Shown here one piece after another: positions 7,165-16,809 of a DNA stretch of 64,000 bases. A model generated the notes under the pieces. The model ran no database searches and was not told where the DNA came from. It was given only the letters and a program-made list of their open reading frames with translations. A program made the position numbers and the translations under genes. The stretch is from assembly GCA_040005235.1 (NCBI GenBank), contig JBDTZG010000002.1, positions 199,775 to 263,774 of the forward strand, in the 5' to 3' direction. The first letter of the stretch is position 1. Every line of letters begins with the position of its first letter. The DNA is from Acidobacteriota bacterium (GTDB taxonomy: Bacteria > Acidobacteriota > Thermoanaerobaculia > Multivoradales > UBA5704).

Positions 7165-8370
7165 GTGGTCACCAAGAGTACGAAGACACCCAAGAAGTCG
7201 ACGCCCAAGAAGGCAGAGCCTAAGAAGGCAGTCGCCAAAAAAGCGGCCCCCGAGAAGGCGGCACCGAAGACACCGAAAAAGGCGCCGCGGGGTCCGCGCA
7301 GAGCCACGATCTCTGATGGGCCGCCCTTGACGCTGGAGCAGGCCCAAGCGGTGGTACGGTCGACTCAGGCGCCACGGCGTGGGACGCGCCGGGCGTTGGT
7401 CGTCGACGCCACGCCGGCTTCGGTGGGCAAGGAGCGCGAGCAGCTCGAAAAACAGCAGCGCGAGGAGCGTGAACGCCGGGTGGAAGAGTACAAGGCGACG
7501 ATGGAGCTGTTGAAGAAGAGAGGCGTCAAAGGACTCGGCCCGCCGGAAACCGAAAAACGGCGGGCCGCCACCCCCGGTGGCGGAGGAAGGCGGCGAGCGC
7601 CGGGGGTAACCGACCCCAATGCGGGAAAGCCGCTGCAGATCTTCGCCGAAGGCGATTCCTGGTTCGACTACCCGGTACCTCTTTTCGGTGGGGGAATCGT
7701 CCTGCGCCTGCAAAAGAAGCTGGGCGTACCGGTCCTCAACCTGGCCAAGGCGGGGGATGAAGCGCGTTTCATGCTGGGAGTCAAAGAACGCCAGATCATC
7801 GTGCAGCAGCTCACGAACGGTTGCCCCGCGGGCGGGCCGTGGGATGCGATGCTTTTCTCCGGCGGGGGCAACGACATCGTCGACAACCCGATGGCCCTTT
7901 GGATCACGGATTTCGATCCGAACATCCCGGTCGTCAACCACATTCATCCGGCGCGTTTCGCGGCAGCTCTCGACTTGGTCCGCTTTGCGTACGAGGATCT
8001 AATCGGTCTGCGCGACCAGCTCAGCCCGACCACGCACCTGATCTTTCACGCCTATGATTTTGCGATTCCCGACGGCCGCGGAGTCTGCTTTATGGGGCCT
8101 TGGCTCCAACCCACTTTCAAACTGAGGAAGTTTCCTACGCAGGCTGCAGGTTTCAATGTTGTGAAGGCGATGCTCCAGAAGTTCGCGGCCATGCTGACCG
8201 CCCTGGAAGGCGCGCACCCGAACGTCACTTTCATCAATGGCCAGGGCACGCTGGCGCCAGTAACGACCTCCTGGCACAACGAGCTGCACCCGACGAAAAC
8301 CGGATTCCAAACCTTCGCCGACTTGTTTCACGCGAAGTTGAAGGCGATGTTTCCGGGCAGAGTGCTGTAA
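7165..8370 (+). CDS. SGNH/GDSL hydrolase with Lys/Ala/Pro-rich and coiled-coil N-terminal extension
   Basis: Blocks AEGDSWF, NLAKAGD, SGGGND and NELHP; strong AAGGAG SD; 18-nt gap from the protease gene. Confidence 0.88.
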   Translation: MVTKSTKTPKKSTPKKAEPKKAVAKKAAPEKAAPKTPKKAPRGPRRATISDGPPLTLEQAQAVVRSTQAPRRGTRRALVVDATPASVGKEREQLEKQQREERERRVEEYKATMELLKKRGVKGLGPPETEKRRAATPGGGGRRRAPGVTDPNAGKPLQIFAEGDSWFDYPVPLFGGGIVLRLQKKLGVPVLNLAKAGDEARFMLGVKERQIIVQQLTNGCPAGGPWDAMLFSGGGNDIVDNPMALWITDFDPNIPVVNHIHPARFAAALDLVRFAYEDLIGLRDQLSPTTHLIFHAYDFAIPDGRGVCFMGPWLQPTFKLRKFPTQAAGFNVVKAMLQKFAAMLTALEGAHPNVTFINGQGTLAPVTTSWHNELHPTKTGFQTFADLFHAKLKAMFPGRVL

Positions 8371-8430
8371 GGGCTCCGGCCCGCCTTAGAGACCGGCACT
8401 TTTCGCGATCTCTCAAGATCGAGCGATAAA

Positions 8431-8462
8431 CCGCCGCCCGGTGGCCTACTCCCGGGCGGCGG
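8431..8462. terminator. GC-rich hairpin between convergent genes
   Basis: Perfect 11-bp stem CCGCCGCCCGG/CCGGGCGGCGG with a short T tract on the minus strand. Confidence 0.6.
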
Positions 8463-8482
8463 ATGCGGCGGGTCCGGCTGTG

Positions 8483-10024
8483 CTATCCCTCGACCTCGAA
8501 CTTGACCCCTTGGGCGAGCGGCAGCGCCTCGCCCCAGTTGATCGTGCAGGTCTGGCGGCGCATGTAGGCCTTCCAGGAGTCGGAGCCCGCTTCGCGGCCT
8601 CCGCCGGTTTCCTTCTCCCCTCCGAAGGCTCCGCCGATCTCCGCTCCCGAGGTTCCGATGTTGACGTTGGCGATGCCGCAATCCGAGCCGGTGGCGGCTA
8701 GGAAACGCTCGGCGCTCCGCATGTTGAGGGTAAAGATCGCGGAGGAGAGCCCTTGCGGCACGGCGTTGTGGTCGCGGATCGCCTCGTCGAGGGTCTCGAA
8801 TTCGAACAGGTAGAGGATCGGCGCGAACGTCTCGTCGCAGGTGATCGGCATCTGGGCGGTGGCTTCGATCAGCGTCGGTTCGACGTAGAAGCCGGGACGA
8901 TCGAGGCGCTTGCCGCCGACCAGGACGGTGCCCCCTTCGGACTTCGCCCGCTCGATCGCGGCCATCATGTTGTCGACCGCCGCCTCGTCGATCAACGGCC
9001 CCATCAGCGTGCCGGGCTCGGCCGGATCGGTCGGACGGATCGACCCGTAAGCCTTGGTCAGGCGCTTCTTCATCTCGGCCGCGATCCCCTTCTGGAGGAA
9101 CAGGCGGCGGGTGGAGGTGCAGCGCTGGCCGGCCGTGCCGACCGCGGCGAACAGAACGGCGCGGAGGGCGAGATCGAGATCCGCGTCATCCATCACCACG
9201 ATGCCGTTGTTGCCACCCAGCTCCAGAAGCGCGCGGCCGAAGCGCTCGGCGAGCACCTTACCGACCTCGCGCCCCATGCGCACCGAGCCGGTGGCGGAAA
9301 CCAGCGGCACGCGCGGGTCGGCGACTAGTCTTTGTCCCACGCCGGTCCGGCCGCCCATGATCAACGTGAAGATCGCCGGGGCATGGTTCCGTTCGAGCAC
9401 CCGGGCAGCGATCTTGGTGACCGCGATCGCGGTGAGCGGCGCCTGGTGCGACGGCTTCCAGATCGAGGAGTCACCGCAGACGGCGGCGACCATCGCGTTC
9501 CAGGCCCAGACGGCGACGGGGAAGTTGAACGCGGTGATCACGCCCACCGGCCCGAGAGGGTGCCACTGTTCATACATCCTGTGCTGCGGTCGCTCGGAGT
9601 GCATCGACAGGCCGTAGAGCTGGCGTGACAGACCGACCGAGAAATCGGCCATGTCGATCATCTCCTGCACCTCGCCCTGGCCCTCGGAGAGGATCTTGCC
9701 CACCTCGTAGGTGACCAGTAGGCCCAGCTCTTCCTTGTGCTTGCGCAGCTCTTCGCCGATCTGGCGGACGATCTCGCCGCGCCGCGGGGCGGGCCAGGTC
9801 CGCCACTCTTCAAACGCCTTGACGCTCGCCGCGGCGACCCGCTCGTAGTCCTCTTCGGTCGCCAGATGAACGGCGGCGATCGGCTCGCCGGTGGCGGGAT
9901 TGAGCGAAACGACCCGCTCGCCATGGGTTTCGAACCAGGTGCCGTCGAAGGCCCCCGGGTTTTCGGGTCCAATCTCTAGCGCTGCGAGAACTTCGTCAAC
10001 GCGATGTGCGGTGGTGGCGGTCAT
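8483..10024 (-). CDS. Aldehyde dehydrogenase, ALDH7/antiquitin (piperideine-6-carboxylate dehydrogenase-like)
   Basis: ITAFNFPVAVWAWN, LELGGNN, AGQRCT, GAEIGGAFGGEKETGGGRE. Confidence 0.92.
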   Translation of the reverse strand: MTATTAHRVDEVLAALEIGPENPGAFDGTWFETHGERVVSLNPATGEPIAAVHLATEEDYERVAAASVKAFEEWRTWPAPRRGEIVRQIGEELRKHKEELGLLVTYEVGKILSEGQGEVQEMIDMADFSVGLSRQLYGLSMHSERPQHRMYEQWHPLGPVGVITAFNFPVAVWAWNAMVAAVCGDSSIWKPSHQAPLTAIAVTKIAARVLERNHAPAIFTLIMGGRTGVGQRLVADPRVPLVSATGSVRMGREVGKVLAERFGRALLELGGNNGIVVMDDADLDLALRAVLFAAVGTAGQRCTSTRRLFLQKGIAAEMKKRLTKAYGSIRPTDPAEPGTLMGPLIDEAAVDNMMAAIERAKSEGGTVLVGGKRLDRPGFYVEPTLIEATAQMPITCDETFAPILYLFEFETLDEAIRDHNAVPQGLSSAIFTLNMRSAERFLAATGSDCGIANVNIGTSGAEIGGAFGGEKETGGGREAGSDSWKAYMRRQTCTINWGEALPLAQGVKFEVEG

Positions 10025-10226
10025 GGGGACTGATCTCCTGAGAGAAGAAGGGAATACGAAGTCTGGGGAGGCGGACCGGGGGAGCCCGCGAGCAGGAAGG
10101 ATATCGCAGGGAGGACTACGGCTCTTCCCCCTGTTAGAACATTCGCCGCATTCCCTTCGTTCCCGGCCGCCGAAGGAATGGGACCTGCTTTCCGCAGGTT
10201 CGTTTGAGTAGACTTCAAGGCAAACC

Positions 10227-13196
10227 ATGTCGGATGACGTTTCATCGCCGGGAGAGCCCGCTTCCGAGGCGGAAGAGGGCGAGACCGTTTTCCTGGGACC
10301 GAGCGGCGCGGCGGTCAAGGGGGAGCCTCCGCTCGCGACCCAGCCGGCGGCGGGTGGGGCGGATCCGATGGGATCGGACGAGCTCGCCCGGGGGAGCGTC
10401 GTCGATCGGTTCGTGATCCTCGATGTAGTGGGGCGCGGCGGGATGGGGGTGGTCTACGCCGCCTACGATCCGGATCTCGACCGGAAGATCGCCTTGAAGC
10501 TGGTCCGGCCGAACCGGCCGGGGGCCGGGGAAGGGCAGCTGTTGCGTGAGGCGCAGGCGATCGCCCGACTGTCACACCCGAACGTCGTCGCGGTCTACGA
10601 CGTCGGTACCCATCGCGACCAGGTGTTTCTCGCGATGGAGCTGGTCGAGGGGAGGAACCTCGGCCCCTGGCTGGCCCAGGCTCCGCGCTCGGTGCGCGAG
10701 ATCCTGGATGTCTTCATCGCGGCGGGTCGCGGTCTCGCGGCGGCGCATGCCGCGGGCCTGGTTCATCGCGATTTCAAGCCGGACAACGTGCTGATCGGCA
10801 ACGACGGCCGGGTGCGGGTCGCCGATTTCGGCGTCGCCCGGCGGTTCGAATCGGCGGGAGAACAGCCGGCGGAATTTCGCGATCTGCCGGAAGAGGCGCG
10901 TTCGGCGCGGGCGACCCGTTCGACCGTCGCGGTCGGCGAGGCGACGCGGTTCGGAATGGCGGTCGGGACCGTTCCTTACATGGCGCCCGAGCAGCTGCGG
11001 CGGGGCGTGGCCGACGCCAAGAGCGATCAGTTCGCGTTTTCGATCGCCCTGTTCGAGGCGCTCTACGGCGAGCGGCCATTCGCCGGCCAGGGCGCGCTCG
11101 ATCTGGCGCTCGCGATGGAATCGGGCGAGCTGCGCACGCCGAATCCTCCCGGCCGGCGGATCCCGCCCGCCTTTCGCGCGGCGCTCGGGCGTGGCCTGGC
11201 GTTCGATCCCGCCGCGCGCTTTTCCTCAATGGACGAGCTGCTCTCCACCCTGGCCCACGATCCGGAGGCAGCCCGGCGGCGGGCGTGGGGGATCGCCGCG
11301 GTGCTGGCGCTCCTGATCGTCGCGGGCTTCGGCCTGCGCGAATTGGCGCTGCGCCGCGCCCGGGTCTGCGCCGGGGGAGAAGAGAAGGTCGCCGATCTGT
11401 GGAACCCGCAGCGGAAAGCGGCCGTTGCCGCCGCGTTCCGTGCGACCGGTCTACCGTTTGCCGAAGGGACATGGGCCGGGGTGGAGCGCGTTCTCGACCG
11501 CTACGCCGCGGACTGGGCCGGCATGCACCGCGAGGCGTGCGAGGCGACCCGCGTGCGCGGCGACCAGTCCGAGGCGCTGCTCGATCGGCGGATGTTCTGC
11601 CTCGACCAGAGGCTGCGCGACGCGGGGGCTCTGATCGACCTGCTCAGCCACGCGGACGGCGCGGTGGTCGAAAAATCGGTCGCCGCCTCGATCGACCTGC
11701 CGGCCCTCGCCTCGTGCGCGGACCTGTCGGCGATCAACGCCCGGGTGCCGCCGCCGGCCGACCCCAAAGTCCGGGCCGCCGCGCGAATCGTGGGGCAGCA
11801 GGTCGCCGCGGCGCGGGCGAGCTATGCGGCCGGACAATACAAAGCCGGAGTCAACCCCGCGCGCCGCGCGGCGGATGCGGCGGGAAAGATCGCCTATCCG
11901 CCGCTCCGCGCCGAAGCGCTGGTGGTCCTCGGCGGGCTCGAAGAGCGGACCGAAGATTTCGCCGCGGCGCGCGAGACGCTCCACTCCGCCTGGTGGACGG
12001 CGGAAGCTGGAGCCGACGACGAGGTGAAGACCCGGGCGGCGACTGAGCTGATGCGGCTCGAACGGCTGCAGAGCCGGTTCGACGTCGGCAGCGACTGGGG
12101 GCGTTTCGCCGCGGCGACGCTCGATCGCCTGGGCTCCGAACCGAGCCTCAAAGCGGGCTACCTGTTGGAGCTGGGGCTGCTCCGATCCGAAGAGGGAAAG
12201 TACAACGAGGCGCTGGTACCGCTGCGCGAGGCGGTCGCCCTGCGCCGGAAAGCGGCGGAGCGCGCCGAGTTGGTCGGTCCGCTCGGCAGCCTCGGCATGG
12301 TGCTCCACCGCAAGGGGGAGTACGAGCCGGCCCGAAAAGCTTACGAAGAGGCGCTCGCGCTCGGCCGGCGCGAGCTGGGAGCGGAGCATCCGGAAGTCGC
12401 CTCGATGCTCCAACGGGTGGGGAACCTTTTGTTCGATCAGGGGCGCTACGAGGAGTCCGCGACCTACAGCCGCCAAGCGCTCGCGATCCGCGAAAAGGTC
12501 CTCGGAAAGGATCACTACCAGGTCGGCGCGTCGCTCACCAGCTTGGGCAACGCCCTTTCCGAGCTGGGCCGTCAGGCCGAGGCGCTCGCCTGCTACGAGC
12601 GGGGGTTGGCCCTCCAGAGCCGTGCCTTCGGAGAGGGCTCCCCGGGTGTGGCGGTCACGCTCAACAACATGGCGAACGTCTATCTGAAGCAGCGCCGTTT
12701 CGACCTCGCGGAGCAGCAGTTCCGGCGGGTCTACGAGATCCGCTCGAAAGCCCTTGGCCCCGAGCACCCGGCGACCGCGCTCGCGCTCCACAACATCGGC
12801 GTGACACTCGATCAGAGCGGCCAGCCGGGAGAAGCGCTGCCGTTTTTCGAAAAATCGCTGAGCATCTCGGAGCATGCGCTCGGCCCGGATCACCCGACTA
12901 TCGTAGAAACCCTCCTGGCAATCGCCGACGCCGAAACCCACGACGGGCATCCTGAGCGTGCCCTGCCGCGCCTCGAACGGGCTCTCAAGGCCGTCGAGAA
13001 AGGGGATATGGACGCCGACCTCGGAGGCCGAACCCGATTCGCCCTCGCCTCGGTCCTCGGCAAAGCGAGACGCGATTCGGCGAGAGCAAAGGCCCTCGCC
13101 GAACGGGCGATGGCCGATTTCGCCTCTCTCGGCAAAGACGGCGAGGAGTTGCGGAAAGAGGTCGAAGTCTGGCTTGCCGGCCGGGTTAAGGGCTGA
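10227..13196 (+). CDS. Membrane Ser/Thr protein kinase with C-terminal TPR repeats
   Basis: GRGGMGVVY, HRDFKPDN, DFG and APE motifs; TM segment WGIAAVLALLIVAGFGL; repeated LGxxHP TPR units. Confidence 0.93.
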   Translation: MSDDVSSPGEPASEAEEGETVFLGPSGAAVKGEPPLATQPAAGGADPMGSDELARGSVVDRFVILDVVGRGGMGVVYAAYDPDLDRKIALKLVRPNRPGAGEGQLLREAQAIARLSHPNVVAVYDVGTHRDQVFLAMELVEGRNLGPWLAQAPRSVREILDVFIAAGRGLAAAHAAGLVHRDFKPDNVLIGNDGRVRVADFGVARRFESAGEQPAEFRDLPEEARSARATRSTVAVGEATRFGMAVGTVPYMAPEQLRRGVADAKSDQFAFSIALFEALYGERPFAGQGALDLALAMESGELRTPNPPGRRIPPAFRAALGRGLAFDPAARFSSMDELLSTLAHDPEAARRRAWGIAAVLALLIVAGFGLRELALRRARVCAGGEEKVADLWNPQRKAAVAAAFRATGLPFAEGTWAGVERVLDRYAADWAGMHREACEATRVRGDQSEALLDRRMFCLDQRLRDAGALIDLLSHADGAVVEKSVAASIDLPALASCADLSAINARVPPPADPKVRAAARIVGQQVAAARASYAAGQYKAGVNPARRAADAAGKIAYPPLRAEALVVLGGLEERTEDFAAARETLHSAWWTAEAGADDEVKTRAATELMRLERLQSRFDVGSDWGRFAAATLDRLGSEPSLKAGYLLELGLLRSEEGKYNEALVPLREAVALRRKAAERAELVGPLGSLGMVLHRKGEYEPARKAYEEALALGRRELGAEHPEVASMLQRVGNLLFDQGRYEESATYSRQALAIREKVLGKDHYQVGASLTSLGNALSELGRQAEALACYERGLALQSRAFGEGSPGVAVTLNNMANVYLKQRRFDLAEQQFRRVYEIRSKALGPEHPATALALHNIGVTLDQSGQPGEALPFFEKSLSISEHALGPDHPTIVETLLAIADAETHDGHPERALPRLERALKAVEKGDMDADLGGRTRFALASVLGKARRDSARAKALAERAMADFASLGKDGEELRKEVEVWLAGRVKG

Positions 13197-13295
13197 CGGG
13201 AGAGTGGTCCCCGCCCTGCTAGACTCGGGTTCCACCCAAACGTAACGAACGCACCGATTGCGGCAACCCCGGTTCGTTCGAAGGAGCGTTTCCGT

Positions 13296-15236
13296 TTGCT
13301 TCCCACCACCGACATAGCCTCGGAGATTGAGCGGGCGATTCTGGATCGGGGGTCGCTCTCGAAGGCGGAGATCGTCGAGACGTGGGGGCTCGATGAGGGC
13401 GGGTATCGCGAGCTGCAAGGGTTCTTGGCGCGGCATTCCGAGATTGAGCCGGGGGCTCCGGGGACGGGGGGATTTTCGGCGCGGCAGAAGCGCGGGCGGA
13501 TTCCCGAGGAGAGTGAAATCGCGGCCGGCCTTTTGCGCGAGGGGTGGGAGACTCTGGCGGTGGAGCGCCTGGTGGCGCTTCTGCAACACGCGACGCTCGA
13601 AAAGCTGCTGGACGACCTGCTCTACACGATCCGCCAGGTGAGGAAAGAGGTGGAAGGCTCCGACCGGCGCGGCACGAAACGGGAGCTGGCGACAGCGCTC
13701 GTGTTGCGACACGGCATCGACCTGCTGGCCTCGCCGGCCGTGCGCGAAGCGGTCGCCAAAGCCGCGGGGGTCGATTTCCCGCGCCGTTGGCACCCGGGCA
13801 AAGCGACCGCCAGCGAGTTCGTGCTGCTGTTGGGGTTTCCGCCGGAGCTGGCGGGGATTCCGGCGCCCGAGTCGCTGCCTGACCTCGAATTCCTCGAAGG
13901 GCGATTCAAGCTCGAACCGCTCGCGGATTTCCAAAAAGAGGTCCAGCGCGGCATCCTCGAAACGCTGCAAGAACCCCTCGGCCGGCGCTGCCTGGTGACC
14001 CTGCCGACCGGCGGCGGCAAGACGCGGGTGGCGGTCGAAAGCATCGCCTGGTGGCTGCCCGATCACTACGACCGGGAGAAAGAACGGGCGCACCAAGGAG
14101 CGGTTCTTTGGCTTGCCCATACGGAAGAGCTGTGCGAACAGGCATGCGCCTGTTTCAAGCAGGTTTGGGAGGCGTCCGAAAACGTCTGTCCGATGACGTT
14201 GATTCGCTTCTGGGGCGATCACCTCAAAGATCTGATCGCCCACCAGAGCACGCTGCTTCAAGTGCTCGCCCGGCCGAACGTAGTAGTCACCACGCCGCAG
14301 AGGCTGGTGAATCTGCTTGATGGGCGAGCGCAGGGAGCGGCACATCTGCTCGGCGAGTTGATCCCCGCGCTCGGCCTGATCGTGATCGACGAGGCGCACC
14401 GCGCGGCGGCCCCCTCGTACCGACGCATCTTGAGCGACCTCGCGGCCGAGCGGAAGGTCTCGGTGATCGGCCTCACCGCGACGCCGTTCCGTATGGAGTA
14501 TCTGGGCGACGATCCGGAAGAGGGGACTCGCGAGTTGCGCGCGGTCTTCGATCGCTTGATCGAGCCGCGCGACAAGCTGGGGGACGATCCGCACCAGCGG
14601 CTTCAGGAAATGGGCGTTCTCGCGCGGCCGGAGTTCGAGACGATCCGGACGCCCACGACGATTCGATTGCCCGATCCGCCGACCTCGAACCTGCTCACCG
14701 AAGAGCAGCTCGACCGGCTCGACCGGGTGCTCGCGATCCGCACCGACAACACGGCTCGCCGTCTGGCGATTCTGGAGCGGCTGCTGCCTCTCGCCCGCGA
14801 GCCGCACCATTCGATTCTCTATTTCGGTCCGAGCGTCCGCGATGCCGAGTGCATGGCGTTTCTGTTGCGCCAGCAGGGGATTCCCGCCGCGGTGATCTCC
14901 GGCGTCACCCGCGACGTCACGCGGCGGCAGGTGGTGGCGGAATTCAAGCAAGGCGGCATTCGCGTACTGTGCAATTGCGAGGTGTTGACCACCGGATTCG
15001 ACGCACCGCGCGTGACCCACGTGGTGATGGCACGGCCGACCGTGTCCCGCGTGCTCTACGAACAGATCGTCGGCCGCGGCCTGCGCGGTCCGAAGTTCGG
15101 CGGCACGGCGACCTGCGCAATCCTCGATTGCGAAGACAACTTCCGCGGCGACCGGCCGCAGCTCGGCTATGAGGCGTTTCGCAAAGTTTGGCTGGAGCGG
15201 CGGCGCGGGCGGGGAAGCATCCTGCCCGCGTCATGA
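13296..15236 (+). CDS. SF2 DEAH-box helicase (ResIII/Irc3-like) with ~200-aa N-terminal domain
   Basis: LPTGGGKT, DEAH, GLTATP, LTTGFDAP, QIVGRGLR. Confidence 0.9.
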   Translation: MLPTTDIASEIERAILDRGSLSKAEIVETWGLDEGGYRELQGFLARHSEIEPGAPGTGGFSARQKRGRIPEESEIAAGLLREGWETLAVERLVALLQHATLEKLLDDLLYTIRQVRKEVEGSDRRGTKRELATALVLRHGIDLLASPAVREAVAKAAGVDFPRRWHPGKATASEFVLLLGFPPELAGIPAPESLPDLEFLEGRFKLEPLADFQKEVQRGILETLQEPLGRRCLVTLPTGGGKTRVAVESIAWWLPDHYDREKERAHQGAVLWLAHTEELCEQACACFKQVWEASENVCPMTLIRFWGDHLKDLIAHQSTLLQVLARPNVVVTTPQRLVNLLDGRAQGAAHLLGELIPALGLIVIDEAHRAAAPSYRRILSDLAAERKVSVIGLTATPFRMEYLGDDPEEGTRELRAVFDRLIEPRDKLGDDPHQRLQEMGVLARPEFETIRTPTTIRLPDPPTSNLLTEEQLDRLDRVLAIRTDNTARRLAILERLLPLAREPHHSILYFGPSVRDAECMAFLLRQQGIPAAVISGVTRDVTRRQVVAEFKQGGIRVLCNCEVLTTGFDAPRVTHVVMARPTVSRVLYEQIVGRGLRGPKFGGTATCAILDCEDNFRGDRPQLGYEAFRKVWLERRRGRGSILPAS

Positions 15237-15249
15237 TCCGTTCGCCTCG

Positions 15250-16686
15250 TCAGCTGATCGCGTCCCGCTCCTTTTGTGCCAGCTTTTTCGCCAGCCGCGC
15301 GCGCTCCTTTTGGAAGGCCGGGTCGTAGGCGAGGTTGTTGATCTCGGTCGGATCGTTGTCCAGGTCGTAGAGTTCGAACTCCTCCGGGTAGGTGCCGTTG
15401 GCGTCGAAGTAGCGAGCGTACTTCCAGCGCGTCTCCCGGATGCAGCGGATGCGGTTCGCGGCGCGGACGGCGCTCGGGTTGTTCGGAAATCCGGCGCGCA
15501 CGTCGTCGAAGGTGAAGTAGAGATCGTTCGATCCAGTAGCTTTCCCCTCCGGGTTCGTGATCATCGGGGCGAACGAAGTTCCTTTGGCTCCCTCGGGAGG
15601 GGCTACACCGCAAAGATCGGCGATCGTGGGTAGCACGTCGATCAGCGAGACGATTCGGTCGGAGGTCCGGGCCTCCGGGAACAGCACCGGGTTTGAGACC
15701 ACCATCGGCACGCGGAGCGTCTCTTCATAGACGTTGAATGCCTTCTGTCGCAGGCCGCCGTGGGCCATGCCCATCTCGCCATGGTCGGCGGCGCGGATCA
15801 CGATCGTGTTCTTCCCCAGCTCGGTCGGCTCGCCGTTTTCGTCGTAGAGCAGGTCGATGACCGGGGTCAACTGGCTGTCGATCTGGGCGATCAGGTTGGC
15901 GTAGAAGTTGATGTAGTCGAGCTTGCGCTGCTTGGTCGGCAGCAGCCCGAGGCCGAACGCGGCGGTCGGGATCAACTGGACCTGAGCGGTCGGTTTCTGG
16001 TTGTTCCTCAGGTTTTCATTCCAAGTGGAAGGGAGGCGGACGTCGCCCTTCAAGTCTTCATCGGTATAACCGTAGGTGTAGCTCTGGGGATAGGAGAGCA
16101 CGTCGTGCGGGTTCACCAGCGAGAGCGTCAGGCAAAACGGCTGGTTCGCTTCCGCCGACTTGAGGAATTCGACCGCCTGGGAGATGTACCGCGCATCGTG
16201 AGCGGCATAGCCGCCGCCGAAATTTCGCACGTCGGTGTCTTCCCCCGCATCCGGCGGCACCCACCCTTCGAAGCCGTAGATCGAGATGCCTTCCTGCAAA
16301 AGACTGTTCTCGCCGTCGGGCCCCTTCACCAGGTGAAATTTGCCCCGGTAGGGAACGCGATAGCCGGCGGGGCGCAGGGTGGTCGCGAGGTTCGGCAGGG
16401 TCGGATCGAGCACGGTTTCGGTCGGCGAGAACGTGCCGCCATAGGTGAGCGTGTCCACAGCCTGATGCTGCGCCGGGTAGAGGCTGGTGAACAGCGTGCT
16501 CCGACTGGGCGTACACATGCAGGCGTTGCAAAATGCGCGTTCGAAGGACATCCCGTGGCGCTTCAAGCGCGTCAGGTTCTTCAGGTGCCGCTGTTCCCAG
16601 CCTGGCGGAAAATGTTGGGTCGCGCGCTCCTGATCGGTGAGCAGCAGAATGACGTTCGGGCGAGTGGGGAGCGGACTCTTCATCAT
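15250..16686 (-). CDS. Sulfatase (formylglycine-dependent)
   Basis: PNVILLLTDQ, CTPSR (CxPxR), NPHD, ADHGEM, ELYDLDNDPTE. Confidence 0.9.
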   Translation of the reverse strand: MMKSPLPTRPNVILLLTDQERATQHFPPGWEQRHLKNLTRLKRHGMSFERAFCNACMCTPSRSTLFTSLYPAQHQAVDTLTYGGTFSPTETVLDPTLPNLATTLRPAGYRVPYRGKFHLVKGPDGENSLLQEGISIYGFEGWVPPDAGEDTDVRNFGGGYAAHDARYISQAVEFLKSAEANQPFCLTLSLVNPHDVLSYPQSYTYGYTDEDLKGDVRLPSTWNENLRNNQKPTAQVQLIPTAAFGLGLLPTKQRKLDYINFYANLIAQIDSQLTPVIDLLYDENGEPTELGKNTIVIRAADHGEMGMAHGGLRQKAFNVYEETLRVPMVVSNPVLFPEARTSDRIVSLIDVLPTIADLCGVAPPEGAKGTSFAPMITNPEGKATGSNDLYFTFDDVRAGFPNNPSAVRAANRIRCIRETRWKYARYFDANGTYPEEFELYDLDNDPTEINNLAYDPAFQKERARLAKKLAQKERDAIS

Positions 16687-16809
16687 GGATCTCCTCGGAG
16701 GACGGTCACGATTCGAACGGAAACCGAATCGTAGTCGATAGCGGGGAGGATGCGGCGGGGCGCGCCACCGAGAGATGCCTCGGCCGCGCGCCCTTTTGGG
16801 TTGCAGCGA

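Noticed and set aside
11451-15020. 1189-aa minus-strand ORF
   Set aside because: Antisense shadow of the kinase-TPR and helicase genes, which carry clear motifs; long shadow ORFs are expected at this GC content.
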